Origin: a bacterium
GTDB lineage: Bacteria > Electryoneota > Electryoneia > Electryoneales > Electryoneaceae
Length of the DNA: 64,000 bases
Assembly: GCA_963675295.2 (NCBI GenBank)
Contig: CAXXKJ010000002.1
Coordinates: 1-64,000, forward strand
Reading direction: 5' to 3'
The first letter of the stretch is position 1. Each line of letters begins with the position of its first letter. The notes under the pieces are model-generated. The model worked only from the letters and a program-made list of their open reading frames with translations, ran no database searches and was not told where the DNA came from. Both the position numbers and the translations under genes were made by a program. Positions 36,015-45,937 of the stretch are shown one piece after another.

Positions 36015-38681
36015 GTGACCTTGGCAGTGAACAAGACTCTGGACAACATCGGTTGGATTGACCGTCCCGCCCTGCTCGGCGGTACACCCCACATCACGCG
36101 TGACTGGCCGCCCTTCAATACCATCGGTGCGGACGAGCAGCGCGAAGTGCTGGATGTCCTGGAAAGTGGTGTATTGTCAGCGTTTCACGCTTCTCCTGGC
36201 GAACAATTCCTCGGCGGATCAAAAGTCCAGAGTCTTGAGCAAGCGTGGACGAACCGCTTCAGGGTCAAACATGCTGTTTCGATGAATTCCGCTACATCCG
36301 CGCTGTATGCCGCTGTTGCCGCATGTGCCATCGGCCCGGGCGATGAAGTGATTACCCATCCGTTCGCCGCCCCCTCCGCCGTCTCGGCTATCCTCGGTAA
36401 CGGTGCGATTCCGATTTTCGCCGACATTGATCCGAAAACCCAGAATCTTGATCCGGAATCAGTCAAACAGCGTATTACACCATTGACCAAGGCGATTCTA
36501 GCAGTGCATGTGAGCGGCCTTCCGACACGGATGAAACCGCTGCTTGAAGTCGCACAAGAACAAAACCTGCGGGTGATTGAGGATACAGCTCAGAGCGCTG
36601 CCGCGACGTGTCACGGTAAACTTGCCGGCACCCTCGGCGACATCGGCGTGTTCAGCCTCAACAGCCGGAAGATTATCCAGTCCGGTGAAGGTGGCATTGC
36701 CGTAACCAACGATGATGATCTGGCTTTACGCTTGCAACTCGTTCGGAATCATGGCGAACAACTGATCGCATCAATGCAGCTCGACCCGGACATCACCCTG
36801 ATTGGGTTCAATTTCCGGATGACTGAGCTGGAGGCAGCGGTCGCTGTCCGGCAGCTCGAAAAACTGGATGAGTTAAACGGTTGGAGCATTCGCCTCGCCA
36901 ACCATCTCACTCGACGAATCGAGCAGGAATTTGAATGCCTGACACCACCACTCGTCCCGGACGGATTCACGCACGTCTACTACAACTATCCGATGCAGTT
37001 CGATGCTGACGTGGCAGGAATGTCTTTGGACCTGTTCGTCGAGGCGGTAAACGCGGAGGGTGTGCCGCTTAGTGCCAGACAGGTGAAGATGCTATATCGT
37101 CTTCCCCTGTTTCAACGACGCAGCACGAAGGGCGATTCCGGTTATCCATTCGGGGACGCGTGGTATCGCGGGAACGCGTCCTACGACGATGGGATCTGCC
37201 CCAATGCGGAAGCACTGACCGGCCGGTTGTTAACGCTGGATACTATCATCCGCTCGCCGAACAGCATTGACGACATGGACCGTGTCGTTGAAACGTTCGC
37301 AAAAGTGCTGCTGTTCAAGAAGGAGCTCGTCGCGTGGGACGAAGACGGACGACCCGACCCGAAACCGTTCCTGAAAAAAACGGCTTCCAAACCTGTAACG
37401 CCGAAATCAGAATCCACCCCAGTCGCAACCACCCAATCCACTTCTGAACCCACTTCCCGCCCCACAAAGAAGCAGGTACACCTGGACGAAGCCGAGCTGC
37501 TTTTACCAGAGGAAGAGGACACGGCTCCGGATGTTGAAACCACTATTCGTGTGGCGATGGGCACCCAGTCCACTGACGGCGCGAATGCGCTGGCGCCAGT
37601 GGCTGAAGTATTGCTCGAACGTCCCGATGTAGAACTCCATATCGCGGTGGCAGGGAGTGCGATTCCGATTTTCCGTCAACGGTTTCGCACGGACATTCGC
37701 GAGATGATTCCCGGCACCAATGTCTACAAGCCATACGACGAGCATGTGGACACATGGCTCGGCGAAATCCAGCCGGATATTGTAGTTACAGCCCTGACTG
37801 GATCACACACGTGGTTGGATTATGCGTTGCAGCGTGCCGCGAAGGCACGCGGAATCAAGACCGCCGCCGTGCTCGACGCCTGGACCGATTATTCCGGCCG
37901 GTTACAGGACGATGACGGCGAACCGTTCCACTACCTGCCCGCGAAATATGGGATGCCGGATTTCACGACAGCTCTCGAACACGCAGAACTGGGTGTTCCC
38001 AAGCAGAACCTGCAGCTTATCGGCCACCCGATGCACACCGACCTGAAGCGATTCATTCCGCGTTGGCGGGAAATGCGCGATCGTATCCGCGGCTGGATCG
38101 AAGTTGGACGCGATATCGACGTCATCGTCTTTATTTCCGAACCGCTGACGCAGGCCGTCGAAGCCGGCGCGATTCCAAGCCCGGGGTATGATGAATTCGA
38201 CGCACTGAACACCGTCGCTGTCGCACTGGCGCAGCTGTACCGCAAACGCAAGTGTATCCTTGCAGTGCTGGAGTTTCGCCATGAGCGTACGTTCGGCGAT
38301 CGTCTGCAGGGCGGCGAATTGGGCGGTGTGCGCGTCGTTGATGTTACCGACAGCGAACCGGAAACGCTGGACTGGCTGCTCGGTGCAGATGTGGTTGTCG
38401 GCATGTCCAGTTCGCTGCTGGTCCACAGTGCGTGCGCGGGAATTCACACGCTGATCGTGCAGCCGAACCTCCAGCGTGACCGCGACCGCAATCCGCTCAC
38501 CCGTCGCGGGCTGCTGCCCATCCTGGAGTCCACCGACGATGTGATTGACGAGCTCAAGCGTCACGGCGACCCCGACAAACGCCGGCTCGCCGCGATCCGC
38601 AAGGAGTTCCGCTGGAACCAGGACGCCGCAAAGAAAGCTGCCGCCATGGTTGTGGACCTCGGCAAACCGGATGCAGAGTAG
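36015..38681 (+). CDS. DegT/DnrJ sugar aminotransferase fused to a GT-B-fold domain
   Basis: MNSATSAL, PGDEVI, IEDTAQS, FSLNSRKIIQSGEGG, GFNFRMTE; low-complexity linker; then QPDIVVT..AKARGIKT..LDAW..IGHP..ADVVVGMSSSLL. Confidence 0.85.
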   Translation: MTLAVNKTLDNIGWIDRPALLGGTPHITRDWPPFNTIGADEQREVLDVLESGVLSAFHASPGEQFLGGSKVQSLEQAWTNRFRVKHAVSMNSATSALYAAVAACAIGPGDEVITHPFAAPSAVSAILGNGAIPIFADIDPKTQNLDPESVKQRITPLTKAILAVHVSGLPTRMKPLLEVAQEQNLRVIEDTAQSAAATCHGKLAGTLGDIGVFSLNSRKIIQSGEGGIAVTNDDDLALRLQLVRNHGEQLIASMQLDPDITLIGFNFRMTELEAAVAVRQLEKLDELNGWSIRLANHLTRRIEQEFECLTPPLVPDGFTHVYYNYPMQFDADVAGMSLDLFVEAVNAEGVPLSARQVKMLYRLPLFQRRSTKGDSGYPFGDAWYRGNASYDDGICPNAEALTGRLLTLDTIIRSPNSIDDMDRVVETFAKVLLFKKELVAWDEDGRPDPKPFLKKTASKPVTPKSESTPVATTQSTSEPTSRPTKKQVHLDEAELLLPEEEDTAPDVETTIRVAMGTQSTDGANALAPVAEVLLERPDVELHIAVAGSAIPIFRQRFRTDIREMIPGTNVYKPYDEHVDTWLGEIQPDIVVTALTGSHTWLDYALQRAAKARGIKTAAVLDAWTDYSGRLQDDDGEPFHYLPAKYGMPDFTTALEHAELGVPKQNLQLIGHPMHTDLKRFIPRWREMRDRIRGWIEVGRDIDVIVFISEPLTQAVEAGAIPSPGYDEFDALNTVAVALAQLYRKRKCILAVLEFRHERTFGDRLQGGELGGVRVVDVTDSEPETLDWLLGADVVVGMSSSLLVHSACAGIHTLIVQPNLQRDRDRNPLTRRGLLPILESTDDVIDELKRHGDPDKRRLAAIRKEFRWNQDAAKKAAAMVVDLGKPDAE

Positions 38682-38772
38682 TGTTTCTGAGCGTTCTACA
38701 GACTGGTCAGGCCTCGACAATAAAAACGGACACGCGTGTCCGTTTTAAGTATCGCGGCAAATGATCAACGGT

Positions 38773-39462
38773 TCAAACAGTGAGTGCGGCTCGAATATGG
38801 TTCTCAAACGCGGCGATATTTGCCGCCACATCGCCCTTATAAATCGCTGATCCAGCGACCAGTTCGTCCGCACCGTGCCGGACCAGCACGCCAGCATTTG
38901 CCGGCGTAACGCCGCCATCAACCTGCAGACGGGCGTCCGACCCATGTGCCTCGATCAGCCGCGCCACCTTGTGCACCTTGTCCAGACCTTCCGGGATGAA
39001 TTTTTGCCCGCCCCAGCCAGGATTGACCGTCATGATCAACACGCGGTCAACCAGCGGCATCACGTAACGCAACGATTCCGTCACCGGCGTCGCTGGATTC
39101 AACGACACACCAGCCTCGCAACCCGCATCACGAATCATTCCGAGGACGCGGTGCAGATGCGCGGTCGCTTCGACGTGCACCGTAATCCCTTTCACACCGG
39201 CCTTTGCGAACGCCTCAATCTGCTTTTCCGGTTCCACGATCATCAGGTGCGCATCAACTCGCGCGCCGGTCGCATCAACCACCGCCTTCGTGACATCCGC
39301 ACCGAACGTGATCGGCGGAACAAACTGACCGTCCATCACATCCGCGTGCAGGCCGTGAGCGCCGGCACTCAGTGCCCGATGTGCCTCCTCGCCCAGTTTT
39401 GCAAAATCTGCCGCAAGCAAGGATGGGAGAATGCGAACCTGATGTTTCGAGATGCTGTTCAT
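38773..39462 (-). CDS. rpe: Ribulose-phosphate 3-epimerase
   Basis: PSLLAADF, HADVMDGQFVP, DAHLM, MTVNPGWGGQ, VDGG. Confidence 0.96.
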   Translation of the reverse strand: MNSISKHQVRILPSLLAADFAKLGEEAHRALSAGAHGLHADVMDGQFVPPITFGADVTKAVVDATGARVDAHLMIVEPEKQIEAFAKAGVKGITVHVEATAHLHRVLGMIRDAGCEAGVSLNPATPVTESLRYVMPLVDRVLIMTVNPGWGGQKFIPEGLDKVHKVARLIEAHGSDARLQVDGGVTPANAGVLVRHGADELVAGSAIYKGDVAANIAAFENHIRAALTV

Positions 39463-39510
39463 GAACTCGGTCTCTCGCACGATTAGTGTTAAATCGGACA
39501 AGCGTGTCGT

Positions 39511-40353
39511 TTATTCGCCGTCCACCGCAGTCAACGAGTCCAACCGTGCAGCTTCCGCCCTCGCCCGCAGGGTGTCTGGATGCACCCAGCCCTCCGGATA
39601 GTTGACCTCGAGACGCACTCGGCTACGGCGCTGCACGCTGCTTTTCGGCGCCGGAATCTGGTTCATAACCGCGCCTTTACGTCGTCCGACGTATTTGTCA
39701 TACGTCACCGATCCGACCCGTAGACCAGACTTCAGGATCAGGTAGCGTGCTTGTTCGAACGGCAGATCCAGCACATCCGGCACAATGTATTGACGCGGCT
39801 CCTTGCCGAGGCTGACGGTAATCTCGGCAGGAGATTCACGTTGCAACACGATCCCCGAATCAGGCTGTTGCGACATCACCTGGTTTTCGAAAACGGAATC
39901 ACTGAACGCGTAGTAGATCGTATCAACCACTAACCCTTGCGCTTCCAACTGCAAGACAGCCGCCTCGCGCGCCATCCCGACCACGTACGGCACATCGGTC
40001 ATCGGTGTTCCAGCAGCAACAATCACGTGCACACGCCGTCCCGGCTTCGCTTCCACGCCGGGCAGCGGGAACTGCTCGAGCACGGTTCCCTGGGCGATTT
40101 CCGCTTCGAATCGTTCGTCCTGAACGAACACTTTCACGTGTTCCTTTTTCGCCACCTTTTCCGCTTCCTCTTGGGACAAACCGCGCAGATCGGGAACCGT
40201 AATTTCGCTCCAATTACGGATATAAATCGGCATTACAACCTGGTTCAGGAACAGCACGAAGACAACCCAGACCCCGAGAATGAGACCGATTCGGACCGCC
40301 CACGCACCGATGTTGCGAAACAGGTTCGAGGAACTCACAGTGTTCGCCTCCAA
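39511..40353 (-). CDS. PASTA-domain membrane protein
   Basis: N-terminal TM and three VPD(L/V)..-type PASTA repeats. Confidence 0.88.
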   Translation of the reverse strand: MEANTVSSSNLFRNIGAWAVRIGLILGVWVVFVLFLNQVVMPIYIRNWSEITVPDLRGLSQEEAEKVAKKEHVKVFVQDERFEAEIAQGTVLEQFPLPGVEAKPGRRVHVIVAAGTPMTDVPYVVGMAREAAVLQLEAQGLVVDTIYYAFSDSVFENQVMSQQPDSGIVLQRESPAEITVSLGKEPRQYIVPDVLDLPFEQARYLILKSGLRVGSVTYDKYVGRRKGAVMNQIPAPKSSVQRRSRVRLEVNYPEGWVHPDTLRARAEAARLDSLTAVDGE

Positions 40354-41651
40354 CGTGTGACAAACGCTCCGTCCACTTTGTCGCGTGGTGGCCAGGTGGC
40401 TGCGATTCCGATTTCACCACGCACCGCTTGCGGGATCGTTTCCGGCAGGTCTTCGCGCTCGAACTCACCTGAGAATCGTTTGTCGAAGGCACGCACCCGC
40501 TTTTCGTTTTCGGAAGGTTCCAGGCTGCACGTGCTGTACACCAGCACGCCGCCCGGCTTGACAAGTTTCGCGGCTCGGTTCAACAGTTGCCGCTGTACTT
40601 TGGCCATGTGATCCACCTGCAACGGCGAGTGGTGGATCAGCAGATCGGCACGCCGGTGCGCGACACCGGTTCCGGAGCAGGGGACGTCGATCAGCACCCG
40701 GTCAAACGCTACCGCCTCAAACTTCACCACATCCTCGGTGATCACCTCGACCGCGTCATGCCCCAACCGGTGCAGTGTTTCCCGCGTTAAATGATTGCGC
40801 TTCATGCTCTTATCAACCGCGATTAGCGTGCCCTCACCATGCATCATTTCCCAGATCAGCGCAGTTTTTCCGCCCGGCGCGCAACACAGGTCAAGGACGC
40901 GTTCGCCTGGACGAGGGTCCAGCACCCGCACCGAAAGTGACGGCGCCGGGTCCTGCACCGTGGTGACACCATGTTCAAACGACGGCAGTTCAGCAGGGCG
41001 CACATCCCGTGCATACACTGACCCCGGCCAATCGGGCAGCACATCGAACTCGACACCTTCAGCAGTCAGGATTTCGTGCCACTGTTCGTCTGATTCCGTA
41101 CGCAGCAAATTGCGCCGCAATCCTACTGGTGGAACGGTTTTGTAAAAGTGGACAAGCGTGTCCGTTTTATCGTCACCCCACTGTTGCCGCCAGTGTTCGC
41201 GCCAGCGATGCAGCGGTGTGCCCTTGTGCGTAAACGCATCAACCGGCCGTTCCTGTGGCGGTTGACGCAATGCGGATCGCAGGACGGCGTTCACCAGTCC
41301 GCCTCCATTGTTGCCCGCAATGTGACGGGCGTGTTCGACGGCTTCGTTCACCGCCGCGTGATCGGGAATCCGGTCGAGATTCCGCAGTTGGTACAACGCT
41401 ACCTCGAGAATCGGCAGCAAACCGGGCTTCAGCTTCTTCAGCGGCGGATTGACCAGTTTCGCCAGCTCGACGTGCAACGCTGCCTGGTTCCGTGCCACGC
41501 CATACACCAGCTCAGTGACCAGCCCTCGGTCGCGTTCGTCCAGCTCGACCTTGCTCAGGTGACGGTCTCGGACCTCGTCGATCTTGCCTTTTTTCGTCGC
41601 CCATTCGGTCAGGATTTCGGCGGCGACACGACGTGCGCTGGTGGGTTTCAC
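40335..41651 (-). CDS. rsmB: 16S rRNA m5C967 methyltransferase
   Basis: NusB-like N-terminus, VQD, LDLCCAPGGKT, DVPCSGTG, YSTCS. Confidence 0.93.
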   Translation of the reverse strand: MKPTSARRVAAEILTEWATKKGKIDEVRDRHLSKVELDERDRGLVTELVYGVARNQAALHVELAKLVNPPLKKLKPGLLPILEVALYQLRNLDRIPDHAAVNEAVEHARHIAGNNGGGLVNAVLRSALRQPPQERPVDAFTHKGTPLHRWREHWRQQWGDDKTDTLVHFYKTVPPVGLRRNLLRTESDEQWHEILTAEGVEFDVLPDWPGSVYARDVRPAELPSFEHGVTTVQDPAPSLSVRVLDPRPGERVLDLCCAPGGKTALIWEMMHGEGTLIAVDKSMKRNHLTRETLHRLGHDAVEVITEDVVKFEAVAFDRVLIDVPCSGTGVAHRRADLLIHHSPLQVDHMAKVQRQLLNRAAKLVKPGGVLVYSTCSLEPSENEKRVRAFDKRFSGEFEREDLPETIPQAVRGEIGIAATWPPRDKVDGAFVTRWRRTL

Positions 41652-42595
41652 TGATCGTCCCCGACCCGTTCACCGGGTTTGATTTGATAGCCGCGTAGAA
41701 AATCGGACACGGACATCCGTTTTTTGCCCTGCAGCTGAACCTCACGGATTTGCAGCGCGCCGTTTCCGCATGCAATCACCAGCCAGCCACTCCGTCCGTC
41801 GGCTTCGAGGATCGTACCGGGATCGCCGGAACCTCCGTCCAGCGGGCGAGTTGCGAACAGCTTCAGTTGCTTGCCACGGAGCGTCGTAAACGCTCCCGGC
41901 CACGGCGTCACGCCTCGCGCCCGGTTGTGCAATTCCACCGCAGGGAGGGTCCAATCAAGCCGTCCGTCTTCCTTCTCCAGCTTCGGCGCCTTGCTGACGA
42001 GGGATTCATCCTGCGGCAATGGGCTCAATTCACCCAGCTCAAGTCCCTGCAACGCACGCAGGATCATTTCCCCGCCCACCGGCGCGAGCCGGATCGCGAG
42101 GTCGCCCGCGGTTTCGTGCGGATCGAGCGGATAGCGTTCCTGCAGCAATACCCCGCCGGCGTCCACTTTTTGCGTGATCCGGATGACGCTGACCCCGGTT
42201 TCGGTGTCGCCGTTGATCAATGCCCAGTTCAGCGGTGCGGGACCGCGATATTTTGGCAGCAGGCTGGGGTGGACATTCAATGTGCCATGTGTTGGCGCAT
42301 CAAAGATTTGCGGCGGCAGGATGCGGAACGCGACCACCACGGCAGCGTCCGCATCGAACACGCGGAACTGCTCGTGGAATGCCGGATCTTTCAGCTTACG
42401 CGGGGTGAAGACAGGGACATCGGGCGTATGGTCGAGTACATGCTGATGGACCGGGGTTGGCGTCAGCTTACGTCCCCGGCCGGACGGTTTGTCCGGACCG
42501 GTGACCACGCCCACCAGCTCATGCTCGGGGCTGGTCATCAAACGGTCAAGGGTCGGTACACCGAAGCGATCGGTGCCGAGAAACACGACTCGCAT
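41648..42595 (-). CDS. fmt: Methionyl-tRNA formyltransferase
   Basis: VVFLGT, PDKPSGRG, NVHPSLLPKYRGPAP, PWPGAF. Confidence 0.97.
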   Translation of the reverse strand: MRVVFLGTDRFGVPTLDRLMTSPEHELVGVVTGPDKPSGRGRKLTPTPVHQHVLDHTPDVPVFTPRKLKDPAFHEQFRVFDADAAVVVAFRILPPQIFDAPTHGTLNVHPSLLPKYRGPAPLNWALINGDTETGVSVIRITQKVDAGGVLLQERYPLDPHETAGDLAIRLAPVGGEMILRALQGLELGELSPLPQDESLVSKAPKLEKEDGRLDWTLPAVELHNRARGVTPWPGAFTTLRGKQLKLFATRPLDGGSGDPGTILEADGRSGWLVIACGNGALQIREVQLQGKKRMSVSDFLRGYQIKPGERVGDDQ

Positions 42596-42620
42596 GCGTC
42601 ATTCAACCCCGTGCGGTGGG

Positions 42621-43136
42621 TTACTGTTCGCTGAGTTTCTTCAGTTTGCCACGCATTAACGTCTTCTTCAACGGCGGCAGGTAATCGGTGATCAGGACGC
42701 CGTCCAGGTGGTCCATCTCATGCTGCACGACAACGGCGAGCATGCCGTCCGCCTCGAGCACATGCGTCTCGCCCTTCGGGTCCTGGTATTCGACGGTGAC
42801 CGCTTCCGGACGGTCCACCTGCACGTTGATTTCCGGCAACGACAGGCAGCCTTCCTCGCAGGTGGCTAGCTCTTCGCTTTCGCCAACAATTTCCGGGTTC
42901 GCCATCGCGTACACCTTGAGGTGGCGTTCGCCGTCCACCTCTTCCGGCAGACCGATCACGAGGAACCGGATGCTCAAGCCAACCTGCGGCGCGGCGAGAC
43001 CGATACCGTCGCTCTTTTCCATCGTCTCGAGCATGTCGGCGGCGAGCTTTTCGAGCTCGGGTCCGAATTCGGTGACCGGTTCCGCGACCTTGCGCAGCAC
43101 CGGATCGCCATAAATGCGTACATCAAGCATTGCCAT
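42621..43136 (-). CDS. def: Peptide deformylase
   Basis: GIGLAAPQVG, EGCLS, QHEMDHLDG. Confidence 0.98.
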   Translation of the reverse strand: MAMLDVRIYGDPVLRKVAEPVTEFGPELEKLAADMLETMEKSDGIGLAAPQVGLSIRFLVIGLPEEVDGERHLKVYAMANPEIVGESEELATCEEGCLSLPEINVQVDRPEAVTVEYQDPKGETHVLEADGMLAVVVQHEMDHLDGVLITDYLPPLKKTLMRGKLKKLSEQ

Positions 43137-43162
43137 GAAAATACTCCGTGATCGCGCGCGAC

Positions 43163-43495
43163 TTAACTCGCGTCCGTCTTTCGATTGACGGCGCTGCGAT
43201 CCACAATGATCTTGTTCCCCTCGTTGATCTTGATGATCAGGGTGTTGTCCTGTTCACGGATACCGGCGACGGTGCCGTGGATCCCGCCGATGGTGACAAC
43301 GTTGTCACCCTGTTTCAGCTCCTGGATCATCTTCTGCTGTTCCTTCTGGCGCTTGGCCTGGGGACGGATCATCAGGAAGTAGATGATGACAAAGATGAGG
43401 ATGAAGGGCAGGAAGCCCAGCAGTCCGCCGCCACCTGTGCCGCCTTCCGCGCCGCCGCCCGCCATGAGCGGAATGAAGTACATGGGAAAATGCAT
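43163..43495 (-). CDS. yajC: Preprotein translocase subunit YajC
   Basis: FVIIYFLMIRPQAKRQK..GDNVVTIGGIHG. Confidence 0.96.
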   Translation of the reverse strand: MHFPMYFIPLMAGGGAEGGTGGGGLLGFLPFILIFVIIYFLMIRPQAKRQKEQQKMIQELKQGDNVVTIGGIHGTVAGIREQDNTLIIKINEGNKIIVDRSAVNRKTDAS

Positions 43496-43608
43496 CGTGT
43501 CGTCTCTCGCCTTCGTTTTAGTGGGGAATCAGCTTCGCAATATACATGGTGGAAACGGGAGATGCCGTGGTTGGGTACGCGCGGAGCGCCTCACCCGTTC
43601 CAACGATG

Positions 43609-43850
43609 TCCGGGGGTGAAGTATGCCCCGACGAGTTTACTCGTCGGGATGATCCGAGGTCATGTCATCGAGTTGCCTATGACCCGACTTGCTCGCAAGT
43701 CGGGATCATCTGCCGCTGGAAATCTCATCGTCCGTGCCCCAGACATTCATGTCTGGGGTCATCCGACGGTCAATAGTCCAGGGGGGTGCAAGGTTGTATG
43801 CCCCGACCGCGGAAGAGCTGGTCGGGCTTATCCACCCTCGGATGACCCGC
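43609..43850. repeat. Cluster of REP-like hairpins
   Basis: CCCGAC..GTCGGG hairpins and GTGCCCCAGACATTCATGTCTGGGGTCATCCG, whose inverted copy lies at about 24201-24232. Confidence 0.7.
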
Positions 43851-43980
43851 GATAGCCGTCACAAACAGACGTGACGGACAATCACGGGCACCGTCATTAA
43901 ACCCATATCAGATCATCACGGGCACCAGCGTCCACTCTCTCGTTGTATATTGACGTATCACGGTTCCACCGAGGTCCACA

Positions 43981-45447
43981 ATGACACGCTTTCTGCTCAC
44001 CCTTCCCCTCATCCTGCTGATCACACTGTTGCTGTCCCAGCCGTCTCACGCCCAGTGGGAGCGACACGAATTGCCAACCGGTGCTGAAGGTGTTCCCGGT
44101 GGCTTTCTTGGGATGGATGATGTTGACTACGACGGCGACCTTGATCCCATCGTTCTTCGCTCCCATTTCCGTATCGTCGAAAACACGCTGCCAGACGATT
44201 GGATTCTACACGAAAACGCACAAGTCACAGATTCAGCATATTTCTTCTATTCCGCAATGACGGATCTCGACTCTGACGGTGATCATGATTATATATTCAA
44301 TGGTTGGATTGCCGATGCTCCTGATCCCGACTCCTATGCAGTCGGTTGGCTGGAAAATCTTGGTTATCCCGAGTATCGAATTCACTTCATCATGCATGTT
44401 GAAAACTATGGCACGTTCCACCCCGGCGATCTTGACAACGACGGCGATATCGATTTCTTGACCCGGTTTGGTCCTGATCCTGATCTGACTGGTGCGATTC
44501 ACCTCTGGCTGCAACAACCAGACGGCACATTCGAGATTGAGATAAACACGAACATCGTCGGACTCCGTGCCTCAAATCTTGCTGACCTCAACGGTGATGG
44601 CTGGCTCGATTTCCTGATGGCCACTGCAGATGGCCTTGAAGTTCACTTCGGTTCTGCAGATGGATGGACCTCCATTGTCCTCGATCCACTTCCCAACGGT
44701 CTTGGATATGTGTATGATCAATACGATTTCGCTGATTTCGATACCGATGGGGATCTCGATTTCGTCACGCAACGGTACTACTTCCCCGGACTATGGTTTG
44801 GACAAATCGCCTGGTGGGAAAACGAGGGTGGTATGTCTTTTTCACGTCATATCATCTTGGACAATATTGAAAGTGGCAGCATGAATACTTCGCGCCCGCT
44901 TCGGATTCTGGATATCGAGCTTGATGGTGATATGGATGTCGCTGATGGTGGACTTTTCTTCGTCAATCAGGGCGACAATGAGACCTTTGTACAACAGTTT
45001 TATGAGCCTGATGAATGGTATGACTTTCCGATCCTTGAAAAAGCGGACATCGACAACGACGGCGACATCGACCTGTTCAACGAGCACGTTTACTGGTACG
45101 AAAATCCGACCAACGATCCGCCGCAGTTCATCATCCGCTTGGTCCCGCGCCAGACGACGGTCCCGTCCGCCGGTGGCGAGGTCGTCTTCGACGGCATGAT
45201 CTACAACCAGTTCCCACAGCCGATTAACGGCCATCTCTGGGCCGACGTAACCGGCCCGAACGGCAACCGCGCACGTGTCTGGCACCGCCGGATGACCTTT
45301 CCCAACGGCGAGTGGCTGACGTGGCCCGACCTCGGCCTGACAGTCCCCGGCGGATTGCCCACCGGAGACTATAGGATGACCGTCCGTGCCGCAGCAGGGG
45401 GGTATGGGTTCGTCCCCGGTGACAGCCTCAGCTTTACCAAAGAGTGA
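43981..45447 (+). CDS. Secreted FG-GAP/VCBS-repeat beta-propeller protein with C-terminal Ig-like domain
   Basis: Signal peptide; seven D.(D/N/E).DG..D repeats; C-terminal VPSAGG..VTGPNG..SLSFTK domain. Confidence 0.88.
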   Translation: MTRFLLTLPLILLITLLLSQPSHAQWERHELPTGAEGVPGGFLGMDDVDYDGDLDPIVLRSHFRIVENTLPDDWILHENAQVTDSAYFFYSAMTDLDSDGDHDYIFNGWIADAPDPDSYAVGWLENLGYPEYRIHFIMHVENYGTFHPGDLDNDGDIDFLTRFGPDPDLTGAIHLWLQQPDGTFEIEINTNIVGLRASNLADLNGDGWLDFLMATADGLEVHFGSADGWTSIVLDPLPNGLGYVYDQYDFADFDTDGDLDFVTQRYYFPGLWFGQIAWWENEGGMSFSRHIILDNIESGSMNTSRPLRILDIELDGDMDVADGGLFFVNQGDNETFVQQFYEPDEWYDFPILEKADIDNDGDIDLFNEHVYWYENPTNDPPQFIIRLVPRQTTVPSAGGEVVFDGMIYNQFPQPINGHLWADVTGPNGNRARVWHRRMTFPNGEWLTWPDLGLTVPGGLPTGDYRMTVRAAAGGYGFVPGDSLSFTKE

Positions 45448-45600
45448 ATCTGTCCGTTCATGCCTGTGTGACCCGCCGGTCTGTTTCGGCGGTTCGCAGG
45501 GGTCGACCGTTCGTAAGCCGCGGTAGCCAACTGAAGCTCCCGCGGGCATCTTGACAAATGTGCCCCAGATGGCTCCGCCAGCAGGGCTTGTCCGCAGGTT

Positions 45601-45707
45601 CCGGGGACACCTGTCGGCACAGATCAGGCGGATCGTCGTTGAGTCGCTGTCTGTTTGCCACGTCACACACAGCGTTGAACCAGCGTCAAGTGCCGCCAGA
45701 TGTCCCC
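45601..45707. repeat. Partial MITE/BIME-like element (same family as in the head operon)
   Basis: GGGGACACCTGTCGGCACA..CAAGTGCCGCCAGATGTCCCC. Confidence 0.7.
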
Positions 45708-45937
45708 TATTGTTTTGCTCACAGCTCATTGCTCACGGCTCACTGCTCGGTTCCGCGACGCAAAGTGGACAGCCCTGTCACGCACGACCGTCCCCTGCAA
45801 TTCGCGTCCGTCTCAACCCCGCGAACACCCCCCTCACCGCTCGGTTTCATTCCACCCGTTCGGCCCTTACATTCCGTAGCTTCCAGCGATACACCAACAC
45901 ATCACCTGCCGGGCGCGGCAGACATGGAGAGGGTCTA

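Larger units (their letters stand above)
34229..41719. repeat. Dispersed cluster of the 16-bp palindrome CGGACACGCGTGTCCG with A/T flanks (6 strong copies, 1 weak)
   Basis: Cores start at 34229, 35029, 35942, 38727, 39495, 41149 and (weak) 41704. Confidence 0.8.

Noticed and set aside
38723-38746. Simple bidirectional terminator
   Set aside because: It may also terminate, but it is a loop-less perfect palindrome whose core recurs inside coding sequences, so it is treated as part of the 16-bp motif cluster.
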